NCBI GenBank assembly: GCA_023818655.1
Contig: JAMWCI010000001.1
Location: forward strand, 1 to 45,677
From: Candidatus Omnitrophota bacterium
GTDB taxonomy: Bacteria > Omnitrophota > Gorgyraeia > Gygaellales > Profunditerraquicolaceae
Length of the DNA stretch: 45,677 bases
Direction of reading: 5' to 3'
Under the pieces are notes generated by a model. The model was not told where the DNA came from. It ran no database searches and worked only from the letters and a program-made list of their open reading frames with translations. Below, one piece after another: positions 26,106 to 33,363 of this stretch (position 1 is its first letter; each line of letters starts with the position of its first letter). Position numbers and translations under genes: made by a program.

Positions 26106-26500
26106 CTGCGCTCCGTACTCTTTAGAATGCGTTCAATCATCTCCATCTCATAGAGAAGTTTTATCTCCTTGAGGGCATCTTTGCCCAGCTCCTTGAGGAT
26201 GGCCTTTTCCACCGCCTTAAGTTTCAAATGAAGAAAATTATACTCTGGATTAATTTCATTATTATTCAAAAACTTCTGCTCCTTTGCCTCCTTTTCCTTG
26301 TTGCATATATAATTATGGAAATCACTAATAAACTTAACCAGTTTCCTGGAGCTATCCATACGGATAATCTCCCTAAGCAAGAATCTGTCGATTTCTAACT
26401 GGGTAAATTTGCGCTCAATTTTATCCAGCTCTTCTTTTGTGGTTTTGTAAAGCCAAACCAGATACCGCTTTTTCAGGTTCTTCAGGTCAAGTTTCTCCAT
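26102..26500 (-). CDS. Hypothetical helical/coiled-coil protein
   Basis: 132-aa K/E-rich ORF with no recognisable motif. It is ATGA-coupled to the amidohydrolase gene, which supports real coding. Confidence 0.45.
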   Translation of the reverse strand: MEKLDLKNLKKRYLVWLYKTTKEELDKIERKFTQLEIDRFLLREIIRMDSSRKLVKFISDFHNYICNKEKEAKEQKFLNNNEINPEYNFLHLKLKAVEKAILKELGKDALKEIKLLYEMEMIERILKSTERR

Positions 26501-26510
26501 TTTATCTCTG

Positions 26511-27119
26511 CTATTTCTTTATCAACTCCACATCGTCAAAATATAAGGTGCCTTTTGCCACAGGCAGCGGTTCGAACTGGTAGCTTTTAATGGGGAAATC
26601 CAGAATCCCGTTTTTGTCTGCTGATTCCGGCTGCCAGTCAGTGCGGGCAAAGAAATGGTCAAAAATACAGATAACCTGCTTCCACCCCTTAACGTCATCG
26701 CTGGTGATAAAACGCCACATCTCTCCGCCATTATCTTTCACGTCAAAAGCTATATCTTCCTTTGAGCCTGCGCCGTACATCCAGAATGAAATCCCCTTAA
26801 AATCGCTCCACTTGATATCATTAGCTTTAACTAACCAAGCGGCATTTTTTGCATCTAGTTCCTCTCCTCTTGCTATATACATATACCCTCCGGAAACAGC
26901 GTCAAAGGCCGCCCGCAAAGACTGCTTTCCTGAATGCACTTGTTCTGTTGCGGCGCTTACTTGCAAGGATGAACCATTACCAGCGCCAAAGTCTACTGTG
27001 CCGTCTGGCCCGCCGGAGATTATCCCCTCAAAGTTATCAATCACTAACCCAGCCTCTTCAGAAAACGCTACCCCTGCCACAAATAAAACCGCTATCACCA
27101 TAAAAACTATCCTTTTCAT
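26511..27119 (-). CDS. Exported beta-sandwich protein (CBM/CIA30-like carbohydrate-binding-type domain)
   Basis: It has a signal peptide (VFMVIAVLFVAGVAFS). The pattern VIDNFEG ... GTLYFDDVELIKK resembles CBM11/CIA30-type modules. This assignment is tentative. Confidence 0.45.
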   Translation of the reverse strand: MKRIVFMVIAVLFVAGVAFSEEAGLVIDNFEGIISGGPDGTVDFGAGNGSSLQVSAATEQVHSGKQSLRAAFDAVSGGYMYIARGEELDAKNAAWLVKANDIKWSDFKGISFWMYGAGSKEDIAFDVKDNGGEMWRFITSDDVKGWKQVICIFDHFFARTDWQPESADKNGILDFPIKSYQFEPLPVAKGTLYFDDVELIKK

Positions 27120-27143
27120 TTTCTCCTCCTCCTTGACTAATGA

Positions 27144-27920
27144 CTATTTATCAGGGTGCTGTTGTTGAAATGGTATAACCGGCTTTGTCCAAGGCGTCTG
27201 CTGGTTTATAATGGAAATCTCCAAGGGGCAAACATTTGCCGGCACAGTCAGGGCAAATTTTACCGCATTCTCTATCGCCTCGGTAGTCATTAAGCGCGAT
27301 GTATCTGTGGTAACTTCTTTGAGCTTGCCGGTCAGGTCCGTATCCGTAACCCCGGGAAGAAGCGAGGTAATCTTAATCCCGTAGTCGCGAATCTCCCAAA
27401 AAAGCCCTTTTAAAAATGCGCGCAAGCCTACCTTTAAAGAGCTATACACCAGAAAATTTCTGGGCAAGGGGTCGCAAAGGGTTGAGCCGGAAACAATACT
27501 GATAATCGCCCCGGATTTATTTTTTATCATATCGTTAATCACCAGCCGGATGAGCCGGACATAGCCCATATAGTTAGTATGCGCCAGTTTCTCAATATCA
27601 TCAATGGGTTGCTCTGGAAAAGGATATTGACTGGAGACCCCGGCGTTGTTAATCAGAATATCTATCCTGCCAAACCGCTCCTTGGTTTTATTAACCAGGT
27701 TTTGCAGGTCTTCAAGTTTTGCCACATCGCAAACCACTGGCAAGACTTCTACCTTATATTTTTTAGCTATCTCTTCAGCTGCTTCTTTAAGCGGGCCTTC
27801 AGCCCTGGCTGCAATAACCACATTTATCCCAAGGCTGGCCACAGTAGAAGCCAAGGCCTTGCCTATGCCCCGGCTTGCTCCGGTAACAATGGCGGTTTTT
27901 CCTTTAAGTTCGCTAATCAT
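27144..27920 (-). CDS. Short-chain dehydrogenase/reductase (candidate polyketide ketoreductase)
   Basis: It has TGASRGIGKA for cofactor binding, NNAG, and the catalytic YSSLK (Y-x-x-x-K). There is a strong SD (GAGGAGG). Confidence 0.85.
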   Translation of the reverse strand: MISELKGKTAIVTGASRGIGKALASTVASLGINVVIAARAEGPLKEAAEEIAKKYKVEVLPVVCDVAKLEDLQNLVNKTKERFGRIDILINNAGVSSQYPFPEQPIDDIEKLAHTNYMGYVRLIRLVINDMIKNKSGAIISIVSGSTLCDPLPRNFLVYSSLKVGLRAFLKGLFWEIRDYGIKITSLLPGVTDTDLTGKLKEVTTDTSRLMTTEAIENAVKFALTVPANVCPLEISIINQQTPWTKPVIPFQQQHPDK

Positions 27921-27942
27921 CTCTTCCTCCTCTATTCTCTCG

Positions 27943-29070
27943 CTACGTCCGATTAACCAACAGCAATCTCTTCTCCAATAACAATAAAATGGTCAGACAC
28001 CCTCCGCAAAAGACAAAATTACTAACCGGGCTTTTCTGCAAAAGCATCCCTCCTAAACCGGCTCCTATGCCTCCGGAGATAAAACGGATGCTGCTGTTTA
28101 AGCTGGCGGCTTCGTAAAGAAAATTTTTCGGCAGATCAGTAAGAATGGTAGAAAGCCCAACGTGATTCATTGTCCAGCCCCAGCCCCAGATAATCATCAG
28201 TAGCGCCAATAAAAAAATCGGCATCTTAATCACCAGAGAAAACGCGCTTAAAATCATCAGGATAATCCCCAGTTTGATTGTTTTAAGCCTGCCCAATGAA
28301 TCTGCCAGCCTCCCTCCTAGCACTTCTCCAAAAATTCCGCTTACGCTGGTTAAGGTAATCAACATACTGATTAAGAATTGCCCCAGCCCCAACTGAAAAG
28401 AAAAATATACCGCCAACCACTGCTGCAGGCCATGATAGATTAGACTGATAAAAAATATATAGGTAAATACAGACAAAAATCTCCTGTCTTGAAAAGCATT
28501 AAGGTAATTCGTCCTAAAAATTCCTTCCTCACTAGTAAGACAGGGAAGATAAAAATACATCGCCAAACATAGACAAATACCTGCTACTGCCGGAATAATA
28601 AAAATCACCCGCCAGGGCAATACCCCGCTTAAGAAAAGCCCGCAAAGGGAGGCGATAAAAGTAGCGCCAAAGAAGAGCCCTATGTGTTTGCCTCTTTTAT
28701 CAGCCTCTATCTGCTGACCAATAAGGATAATCCCCACGGGAATAACCGATGCGCCGAATATCCCCGTCAAAAACCTTGCCCAGAATAGCTGATAGATATT
28801 TGCGGATAATCCCGCTAAAAGATTAGCAAGAGAAAATAAACCCAGACAGGTCATTTCTATCTTCTTGGCGTCAAAGAGCCGGACCAGCGGTCCATAGATA
28901 AGCGCGGCAAGACCGTAAGGAATCATATACAGCCAGATAATTCTTCCGGCAAAAAATTGAGAAACGAGAAAATCCTTGGCAATAGAAGGCACCAACGCGG
29001 CAGAAGCTGCCACATTAAAAGAAAGAATCGCTGCCTCTAAACACAGGATAAGAAAAACGTTTTTTTTCAT
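27943..29070 (-). CDS. Major facilitator superfamily transporter
   Basis: About 12 predicted TM helices with typical MFS loop composition. I call the ATG at 29070 (MKKNVFLILCLE...). The track start at 29112 is a TTG lying inside the upstream gene. Confidence 0.75.
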   Translation of the reverse strand: MKKNVFLILCLEAAILSFNVAASAALVPSIAKDFLVSQFFAGRIIWLYMIPYGLAALIYGPLVRLFDAKKIEMTCLGLFSLANLLAGLSANIYQLFWARFLTGIFGASVIPVGIILIGQQIEADKRGKHIGLFFGATFIASLCGLFLSGVLPWRVIFIIPAVAGICLCLAMYFYLPCLTSEEGIFRTNYLNAFQDRRFLSVFTYIFFISLIYHGLQQWLAVYFSFQLGLGQFLISMLITLTSVSGIFGEVLGGRLADSLGRLKTIKLGIILMILSAFSLVIKMPIFLLALLMIIWGWGWTMNHVGLSTILTDLPKNFLYEAASLNSSIRFISGGIGAGLGGMLLQKSPVSNFVFCGGCLTILLLLEKRLLLVNRT

Positions 29071-29086
29071 AGTAAGGACTGTTTGC

Positions 29087-29530
29087 CTATTGCCTGGCGG
29101 CTTCCCTTTCAATAATCTGCTTAAAAATCTTCAGATTTGTCTGAGAACCTTCGTTAATGAAGCCCTCCACCTGCTGGTCATTGAATTTTGCTTTCTCATC
29201 CATCTCAAAATGCTGAATCCAGCTCATCTCTATGCCTTCTGGTTTGGGAGTATAAAGCCAGATGATCTTCATATACTTAAAAGGAAATTTTGGCTCTTGC
29301 CTTTCGGCATAAGCAAAGTATTTGTCTTTAAACAAAAGTCGCCAGGATACCCAGGATTTACCTTCTTCATCAGTCAGGCGGAAGGTGAGCTTATTGTCTT
29401 TTCTCTCCAAGACCTCCGCCTTTTGGTATTCCCCGCCAAAAAGTTCTGTCCAGCGAGAGATATCGTTTGAGATATCAAAAACCAAATCGTATGGTGCGTT
29501 GATGATAATGGAATTGCAGGTATGCCCCAT
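29087..29530 (-). CDS. SRPBCC/START-fold polyketide aromatase-cyclase, mono-domain TcmN-like
   Basis: 147 aa. The pattern HTCNSIIINAPYDLVFDISNDISRWTELF..EYQKAEVLER....LTFRLT .. PFKYMKIIWLY .. GIEMSWIQHFEMD matches, as I remember it, the TcmN/WhiE-type ARO/CYC pattern. There is a strong SD (AAGGAGGGAG). Confidence 0.7.
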   Translation of the reverse strand: MGHTCNSIIINAPYDLVFDISNDISRWTELFGGEYQKAEVLERKDNKLTFRLTDEEGKSWVSWRLLFKDKYFAYAERQEPKFPFKYMKIIWLYTPKPEGIEMSWIQHFEMDEKAKFNDQQVEGFINEGSQTNLKIFKQIIEREAARQ

Positions 29531-29567
29531 TAATCTCTCCCTCCTTAAAAGGAAATGCCTTCTTGTT

Positions 29568-30359
29568 TTAAATTACCGCTACAACCCTTGCCCAGGCAGC
29601 GCCGGTACATTTAATCCTTATCGGAAAACAGATTACCTTAAAGCCAAAATCCGGCAGTTTCTCCAGATTAGCTAAACGCTCAATGTGGATAAACTCCCTT
29701 TTTCTGCCGTAAAAATGCGCCGGATACAATGGTTTTCTCTGTTCTAAAAACTCTCTGAGCATAAATTTATATGGCCGGTCAATCCCCATAGTATCCACGC
29801 CAAAGATTTTTACCCCCCTATCCAGAAGATAATCTATCGCTGAAATATCTACTCCTGGATAATCGGAAAAATATCTTGGAGTGCCATAAAATTTATCCGC
29901 GCCGGTCTGTAAGAGAACTACGTCTTTTTCTTTAATGGTGTAATTTATCTTTTTAAGCCCGCTTTCAATATCCGCCGCGCTAATTACCTCTGCCGGCCTC
30001 TTATGCCTGAAATCCAACCTGACCCCGTCAGAGTAACACCACTCCAAAGGAATCTCATCAGCGCTCTTAGAGGGTCGGCCCTCAGACTTTGAACCGTAGT
30101 GGAAAGAGTAATCCAGGTGCGTGCCGATATGCACCGGAGAATGCACTACTTCCAGAGAGAGAAATTCTCCTTCCGGCAGGTCCTCTTTTTTTAAGATGCG
30201 CAAACCCAGCAGATACTTTATCCTGCCAAGGAGGGTCTTAACCATAATAACGCGGTTGAATTTCTCTACGCCTGCCTTATGCGAAATCCGCTCAATATCC
30301 ACCTTATGTATCTCAAAGGCACTCTCGTCAATGGGCAGGCTTAAATCAATTATCTTCAT
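29568..30359 (-). CDS. Cyclase-family protein (kynurenine-formamidase-like Zn hydrolase/cyclase fold)
   Basis: It has the H-x-G-T-H-x-D-x-x-x-H motif (HSPVHIGTHLDYSFHYG). The size is right at 263 aa. It is ATGA-coupled to the ACP gene. Confidence 0.7.
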   Translation of the reverse strand: MKIIDLSLPIDESAFEIHKVDIERISHKAGVEKFNRVIMVKTLLGRIKYLLGLRILKKEDLPEGEFLSLEVVHSPVHIGTHLDYSFHYGSKSEGRPSKSADEIPLEWCYSDGVRLDFRHKRPAEVISAADIESGLKKINYTIKEKDVVLLQTGADKFYGTPRYFSDYPGVDISAIDYLLDRGVKIFGVDTMGIDRPYKFMLREFLEQRKPLYPAHFYGRKREFIHIERLANLEKLPDFGFKVICFPIRIKCTGAAWARVVAVI

Positions 30360-30592
30360 TTTGCAATCTTAGACTGAATTACCTTATCAATATCATTAAT
30401 GGTAGAAAACTTGGTAACCTCCTTTGCGCCCAAGGATATGCCGAAGACCTTTCCCAAAGCAATCACTGCCTCTACCATCTCAGTAGAATCCACACCTATT
30501 GAATCCTGCAAGGAGACATCATCCTTCAACTCTTCCGGCTTGACCTTAAGCAGATTAATCAATATTTCTTTTATCTTCGCTTTCGTATCCAT
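30356..30592 (-). CDS. Acyl carrier protein
   Basis: 78-aa acidic protein with the phosphopantetheine attachment motif GVDSTEMVE (Ser36). It has an SD (AGGAGAGGG). Confidence 0.85.
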   Translation of the reverse strand: MDTKAKIKEILINLLKVKPEELKDDVSLQDSIGVDSTEMVEAVIALGKVFGISLGAKEVTKFSTINDIDKVIQSKIAK

Positions 30593-30607
30593 ATCCCTCT
30601 CCTGTTG

Positions 30608-32068
30608 TTAAATCTGAATCTCACCTTTGGTTGCTGCGGCTTCCCATTTTCCAATGCCTGACATAACATCCTGAAAACAAAGTTTTGCCAAAGGGTCAAA
30701 GTTGCTCTCCATAATCCTGTTTATGCGTCCGGGCTTGGAATAAAATTCGCGCATACACCAAGCGCCCAAACGGCCTAACTCTTCAATCGTTAAATGGTCT
30801 GTGGGTATGACTGGATGCAAAAAATCCCAGGTGCTAAAATCTACTTTCTTGGGGTCAATCCAGTTTTTCTTCAGGGCTATCCTCCACATGGGGGAATTCG
30901 GGGCAGGGGTTACATAACCAATCCATAACACATCCGGGTCAACCTCATCGGCAAACTCAAACCTCTGCTTGATAATTGCCTCGGTATCGTAATCAAACCC
31001 AATCATAATATCCGCCACAATCGCAATATCATTCCTGCGCAAAATCTCAATGGTTTTTTTAATCTGTTCGATGGTGGTGCCTTTGGCAATCCGTTTCAGC
31101 TCCTCCGGAGTTGTAACCTCAATACCAAACACGCCCATAAATAAACCCGTTTCTTTCATTAGCGGCAGGATATGTTCACAATTTACCCAGTCCACTGCCC
31201 GACCCAAAGAAACCCACTTAATGGGGATATTCTTTTCTTTCTTTAATTCGCAAAATCTTTTTACCCGCTGCGGGTCAACATTAAAATTGTCGTCTTGAAT
31301 AACCACTACCTTTACGCCATACTTTTTATGAAGTAGTTCCATCTCTTCAATTACCCTCTCCGGAGACTTTGCTCGCCATTTCAAGAAGTCCGAAGGAGAA
31401 CGCGGGTCAAACTGGTCCCATTCATAGCAGAATGTGCAGGCAGATGGACAACCCCGGGAAGTAATCATATCCACGAAGGGCTTCCAGTGGGTATGCCCCA
31501 CGTATTTATCCATCGGGAACAGGTCATACGCCGGAAGGGGCAGCTTATCCAAATCACTCATCAACGGCTTATGCGGACCCATAACAATCTCTCCGTCAAT
31601 GCGCGAGGTGACTCCGCCGATATTTCTTAAGTCTTTCTTTTTATCAATCGCCTCAATTAAATCCGCAAAAGATTCTTCTTCTCCCATCACTACAAAATCT
31701 ACTGCCGGATTTTCCTCCAAGGTCTGTGTCGGCATAGCAGAGTACCATAAACCTCCCAGGATTATTTTTACCTTGGGAAGCGCCTGTTTAATCCTTACGC
31801 CTGCCTCCTTAAAATGGCGCAAGACGCCGTAGCCGGCATAACCGTGTATCTGTTCACCCATGACCACAATATCAGGGTTTTTGCTCTTGACCTGTTCGAT
31901 TAATTGCTCCATGGGAATCTCTAAGGCCCTTCCGTCAATAACCCCTACGTCAGCATATCCTCGCTGGCGTATATACGCTGCCCAATGGGCATAAAGCTGG
32001 TTCGGAGACTTATGGATTCCATGCGTTGCCCAGGCGCCGACTTTCGGCATAACAAATAAGATTTTCAT
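30608..32068 (-). CDS. B12-binding-domain radical SAM enzyme (class B)
   Basis: The N-terminal Rossmann-like B12-binding domain pattern runs MKILFVMP ... DIVVMGEQIH ... IILGG. It is followed by ITSRGCPSACTFCY (CxxxCxxC; Cys212/216/219 in ORF-track numbering). I call the ATG at 32068, which lies 8 nt after a GGAGG. The track start at 32083 is an alternative. Confidence 0.85.
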   Translation of the reverse strand: MKILFVMPKVGAWATHGIHKSPNQLYAHWAAYIRQRGYADVGVIDGRALEIPMEQLIEQVKSKNPDIVVMGEQIHGYAGYGVLRHFKEAGVRIKQALPKVKIILGGLWYSAMPTQTLEENPAVDFVVMGEEESFADLIEAIDKKKDLRNIGGVTSRIDGEIVMGPHKPLMSDLDKLPLPAYDLFPMDKYVGHTHWKPFVDMITSRGCPSACTFCYEWDQFDPRSPSDFLKWRAKSPERVIEEMELLHKKYGVKVVVIQDDNFNVDPQRVKRFCELKKEKNIPIKWVSLGRAVDWVNCEHILPLMKETGLFMGVFGIEVTTPEELKRIAKGTTIEQIKKTIEILRRNDIAIVADIMIGFDYDTEAIIKQRFEFADEVDPDVLWIGYVTPAPNSPMWRIALKKNWIDPKKVDFSTWDFLHPVIPTDHLTIEELGRLGAWCMREFYSKPGRINRIMESNFDPLAKLCFQDVMSGIGKWEAAATKGEIQI

Positions 32069-32088
32069 TCTCAAGCCCTCCATTTCTT

Positions 32089-32108
32089 TAGTTGATTATA
32101 GTTGATAT
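32089..32108. repeat. Tandem 10-bp direct repeat in the CLF/radical-SAM intergenic spacer
   Basis: TAGTTGATTA is followed by TAGTTGATAT, with the first 8 of 10 positions identical. The period is one helical turn. It overlaps a -10-like TATAAT on the minus strand. Confidence 0.6.
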
Positions 32109-32122
32109 TAAAAACCTTGCAA
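32095..32122 (-). promoter_or_regulatory. Candidate internal promoter ahead of the radical SAM-ACP-cyclase genes
   Basis: On the minus strand: TTGCAA (32122-32117), 16 nt, TATAAT (32100-32095). A GGAGG then precedes the ATG at 32068. Confidence 0.3.
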
Positions 32123-32133
32123 GAATAACGTCA

Positions 32134-33363
32134 TTATGGTTTTTCTACGACCAAGACCGCATTAATCCCTCCCCTGCCGCGGGAGATGGCCAAGGCTTTC
32201 TTAATCTTGTGCTCTTGCGCTTGTTTTCTGACGTAATTTAATGAATTCTGCGCAGGTTCATCAAGATTTATGGTAGGTGGAATTAAATTATGCTCCATAG
32301 CCAAAAGGGTAATTATCAAATCTATGGCCCCTGAAGCGCCTAAGAGATTTCCGAACATAGACTTTGGACAGCTGACAGGTATCTCTTTAAGCCTATCTCC
32401 AAAAACAATCCTTAAAGATTCTATCTCTGAGTTATCCCAGATATCCACAGCCAGACCATCAAGGCTGATAAAATCTATCTCCTCGGCTTCTGTCTTGGCA
32501 TCAGCAAGCGCCGTCTTAATTGCCCGGGCTAACTCTTGGCCGTCTGCGGCCGGATTAATCCTGTCTGCGCCGTCACAAGTTGTGCCGTAACCGGAAACTA
32601 AACCCAAGATATTTCCTCCCCGCGCAAAAGCGCGTTCAACACTCTCCATCACAACAATCCCTGCGCCTTCTGCGATAACAAAACCATTGCGTCTCTTATC
32701 AAATGGCCGGTAGGCCTCCTGCGGATGGGCGTTATCTGTGGAGAGCCCTCCGTAAGTGTTGCAGCATAACAGCGCATAGGGAGTAACCGGCGCCTCCATA
32801 CCGCCGGCTAAAATCAGATTTAATTTATCTTTGGCTAAAATCTTGCGCGCATAACCAATAGCCATTGTTGAACTTGCCCGGTCAGCGACTACGGTTTTGG
32901 AAAATCCCTTTATCCCGTAATAAATAGAAACCTGCCCTTGGGGGGCAGCAGGAAACCAGGCAGAAGCCATATAAGGAGAAACTCCTTCCCTGCCCTCAAT
33001 ATACATATCGCGCAATTCTGTCTCGGCATACAGCCAGCCGCCAATGGCATTGCCTAAAAATATCCCTACAAGATTAGGATTTTCTTTTTTAATATCTATG
33101 CCAGCATCCTGCAAGGCAAACTCTGAGGCAATCAAGGCCATATGCGAGAAGGCGTCAATCTTTTTTAAGAGCCGCGGCGAGATAGTGGAGTATTTTTCCA
33201 ACTCGTCAATCTGACCGGCAATATGCGAAGGGTATTTTGAGGCATCAAAACGGGTAATTTTCTTGACAAAGGAACGACCGCTTTTGATGTTTGCCCAGAA
33301 TTGACGTTTGCCAATCCCTGATGGACTAACTACGCCAATACCGCTAATGGCAATCTTATCCAT
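32134..33363 (-). CDS. Ketosynthase beta / chain-length-factor-like subunit, catalytically inactive
   Basis: It has the thiolase-fold KS pattern throughout. Column-by-column alignment to the adjacent KS-alpha puts Arg162 (codon CGG at 32880-32878) at the catalytic Cys position. Asp302 and Asn339 fall at the two catalytic His positions. Its start overlaps the KS-alpha stop by 8 nt. Confidence 0.8.
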   Translation of the reverse strand: MDKIAISGIGVVSPSGIGKRQFWANIKSGRSFVKKITRFDASKYPSHIAGQIDELEKYSTISPRLLKKIDAFSHMALIASEFALQDAGIDIKKENPNLVGIFLGNAIGGWLYAETELRDMYIEGREGVSPYMASAWFPAAPQGQVSIYYGIKGFSKTVVADRASSTMAIGYARKILAKDKLNLILAGGMEAPVTPYALLCCNTYGGLSTDNAHPQEAYRPFDKRRNGFVIAEGAGIVVMESVERAFARGGNILGLVSGYGTTCDGADRINPAADGQELARAIKTALADAKTEAEEIDFISLDGLAVDIWDNSEIESLRIVFGDRLKEIPVSCPKSMFGNLLGASGAIDLIITLLAMEHNLIPPTINLDEPAQNSLNYVRKQAQEHKIKKALAISRGRGGINAVLVVEKP

